9,242 nucleotides of DNA from Amoeboradix gromovi X-113 (taxonomy: Eukaryota > Fungi > Sanchytriomycota), in contig JADGIF010000405.1 in the NCBI GenBank assembly GCA_018985225.1, forward strand, positions 1 through 9,242. Reading direction: 5' to 3'. The notes under the pieces were generated by a model. The model saw nothing but the letters and a program-made list of their open reading frames with translations, was not told the DNA's origin and ran no database searches. The position numbers and the translations under genes are program-made. The stretch's first letter is position 1. The number at the start of each line of letters is the position of its first letter. Below are positions 7,091-9,242 of the stretch, piece by piece.

Positions 7091-8950
7091 ATGTTTTTAT
7101 TTTTAATCCCCATGTCTCCATCCATTGTTGAAGAACTTTCCGATCCATATGATCCAGAGAGTGACTTTATACTCTACAGCGATGATCCGGTTACAATTAA
7201 AAAGAATTATAAGCAGCTTATCAGTCTATTCCATCCCGATAAAACCAACTACACTGACACTGAGGTTCAGCAGCGGCTAGTTGATAAGATACAAAAAGCA
7301 GGTGAATTGAGTGACCCGATGGAAAACAAAATGCACAAGTTTGGTATTCATAAAGAGTACAAGTCATTGCAGTCACAGCCCGTAGACGAATCCGCTTTGA
7401 TTTTGAAGAGTCAGATGACAAGTGTTTATGATATCTTGGAAAGAATCAAAGAAAACTCTATAGTTGAGGCATTAAACGACTTTAACATTCAAGACACATG
7501 GCCCATAGTATCCGAATTGACTCTAGGTGCAGATGTGAGCAACGGATTCAGATGGAACCGAATTGGAACTAACTTGACCTGGCAATACTCTATAAACGGA
7601 TATTCTTACTACCTTAACCCCTCAACAGGTATTAAATATAAAAATCCACTGGCCATCAAGTCTACAATGTTCAAGATTAAACAAGACTACCCAGACGCCA
7701 GTTTTGTTTATTCCAATAAGATATATCTAGTGCACACACCAAGACATGTAGCAATGCTACCCACCTACACCTTTGATTGCACCGTGCCAGTTGGCATAAA
7801 AACAACTTTCAAAGGATGTAAGCTAGATTTATCAACTACTTTGTTCAAGAAATCCTTACAGTTAATGATTGAAAAGCCATTCAAGTATATTCACATGCAA
7901 TCTACGGTCCTAATACAGCCCAGTTCAATGCAAGTAGGGATATCTGCATTCAAACCAATAAATGGTAGAATCTTCACTCTTGGATTAAATGTTGTTGCAG
8001 GACTGAGATCTATTGCCTTGGAGGAGGATAATGCAAAAGGCGCAGAGGAGGATCAAGAAATCGATGATGAGCAGCAGGAGGAAAACGAGTTAGACACTGA
8101 TGATCTAAATGAAGAGCTATCAGTAGAGACCATGGTGAGTATAATGCCGGTGTTGAGCGTTGGATTTTATCCAGAGAAACACGGTCTAGGTATGAACATA
8201 AGTAATCAGAATGTCGCTGCAAACTATACTATAGTGTTGACTGAATGGGCTAAAATGAGACTATTTGCATCCTTGGGTGGAATAACTGAATTTGGTTGGA
8301 GGATATCAGTGAGCATAACAAGAATTCTCAGGGTAACATTTGGGATTCAGGGCGATCTATCAAATGGTACAGCAATCATGGCAGGCTTTAAATATTACAA
8401 CCAAAAATTTAGCTTGCCAATTATGCTGCTCTCGCATCCAAGTATAAACCTTGTCACAACATCTAGTGCATGTGTATTTCTTACTTATGGGCTGCTACAC
8501 AAATGGTTTATAAAATCAAAATTAGAAAAGATAAAGAACGAAAAGTTAAAAGTTAAGCTCGAGGAGTTTGAAGCAGAAATATTACATAAAAAACAGGAAG
8601 CCGAGTACGCATGTAGCAGAATGGAATCAGGAGCATCTAAATCAAAAGAAACTGAAATGCAATGCAATGGATTGGTCATAATAAATGCCAAATACGGTAC
8701 ATCTGATGAATATTGCGATGTTACTATCCCTTTGCAGTATTTTATAAAGAATTCGGCACTTGAACTACCATCACTATCAAAAGTAATTTTTTTATTCATC
8801 TAGAGTCAGTTCGTCGGTTTTTACGACCCGGCATTTGGTAAAGTTAAAACTTTATTCATTGAGTACACTTTTAAGAGTTCTGTTCATTATGCTGAAATAA
8901 AGGACGACGAAGCAGTTCAGTTACCTCAGCGTAGCCATTTAAAGCAGTAA
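7091..8950 (+). CDS. DNAJC11: DnaJ homolog subfamily C member 11 (J-domain, beta-rich middle, coiled coil, DUF3395); exons 7091 (or 7112)-8782 and 8804-8950
   Basis: J-domain with HPD at 7232-7240, then QKFSLPIML, a TM-like segment, a coiled coil and GLVIINAKYG...DVTIPLQ. After removing 8783-8803 the conserved tail SK|SQFVGFYDPAFGKVKTLFIEYTF...HYAEIKDDEAVQLPQRSHLKQ* follows. Confidence 0.92.
8783..8803 (+). other. 21-nt spliceosomal intron (phase 0) GTAATTTTTTTATTCATCTAG
   Basis: GT...AG and T-rich; the acceptor TAG is the in-frame stop of the raw ORF. Removal restores the SKSxxxGFYDP spacing of DUF3395. Confidence 0.88.
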
Positions 8951-9126
8951 ATATAAATTTAGATATTAGTGCTTCAAGCAATAGTTTTTAGTGGCTTGCG
9001 TTCTGAAAGTGAATCCATAGAATATGGATTGCTATTCGAACAACTGTAAACAATCAGTGCTCTAAAAGGAAACTTGGCTACAGAGCTATTTTTTAGAGTT
9101 AATGCACTGACACTTTGAAGTAGTTC

Positions 9127-9242
9127 CATTTGGGACATCAAATATAAAAACTGGACTCTTTCTGTAACAACTAGGAACATTATTTCAGCTTTATTAATTT
9201 TATGGATTTAAGAGGCGAGTGGACATTCAGCTAGCTGCGGAG
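9127..9242 (-). repeat. Copy 3 (inverted, truncated by window end) of the dispersed repeat / MITE-like element
   Basis: Reverse complement is CTCCGCAGCTAGCTGAATGTCCACTCGCCTCTTAAATCC...GTTTTTATATTTGATGTCCCAAATG, matching 75-210 and 4713-4830. Confidence 0.95.

Noticed and set aside
3408-8799. Antisense or alternate-frame ORFs at 3408-3728, 3977-4162, 6454-6735, 6489-6671, 7221-7421, 8010-8222 and 8485-8799 (also 1422-1613, 2187-2399, 2797-3003)
   Set aside because: They are shadows of better-supported genes or frames and contain no motifs.
8801-8803. Alternative genetic code (TAA/TAG = Gln, as in ciliates or some aphelids)
   Set aside because: Five conserved genes end in TAA where their families are expected to end, the long ORFs have no internal TAR, and the GPCR case needs a frameshift that only splicing provides.
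8974-9180. 68-aa minus ORF
   Set aside because: It starts inside repeat copy 3, where the other copies differ by indels, and has no recognisable homology.

Overview
AT-rich, very gene-dense eukaryotic DNA. The gene content looks fungal or early-diverging-fungal; that is an inference, since the organism cannot be identified from the window. Six genes are recognisable: a cAMP-receptor/Git3-like 7TM GPCR, a glyoxylate/hydroxypyruvate reductase, a secreted M35 (Lys-N/deuterolysin-like) protein that has lost its zinc-binding motif, an ISOC1/2-type isochorismatase-family protein, an NPC2/ML-domain lipid-binding protein and a DNAJC11 homolog. Two orphan ORFs are also present. The ORF track truncates the GPCR and DNAJC11 because each carries an ultra-short GT-AG intron (20 and 21 nt); removing it restores a conserved C-terminus. 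A 17-nt candidate intron would rescue a third, orphan gene. Stop codons are often fused with the poly(A) signal (AATAAA/AGTAAA). A dispersed repeat occurs three times (both window ends and the middle). The internal copy is bounded by ~24-bp imperfect inverted repeats, suggesting a ~435-bp MITE-like element at which the assembly probably broke. No rRNA, tRNA or CRISPR array was seen.
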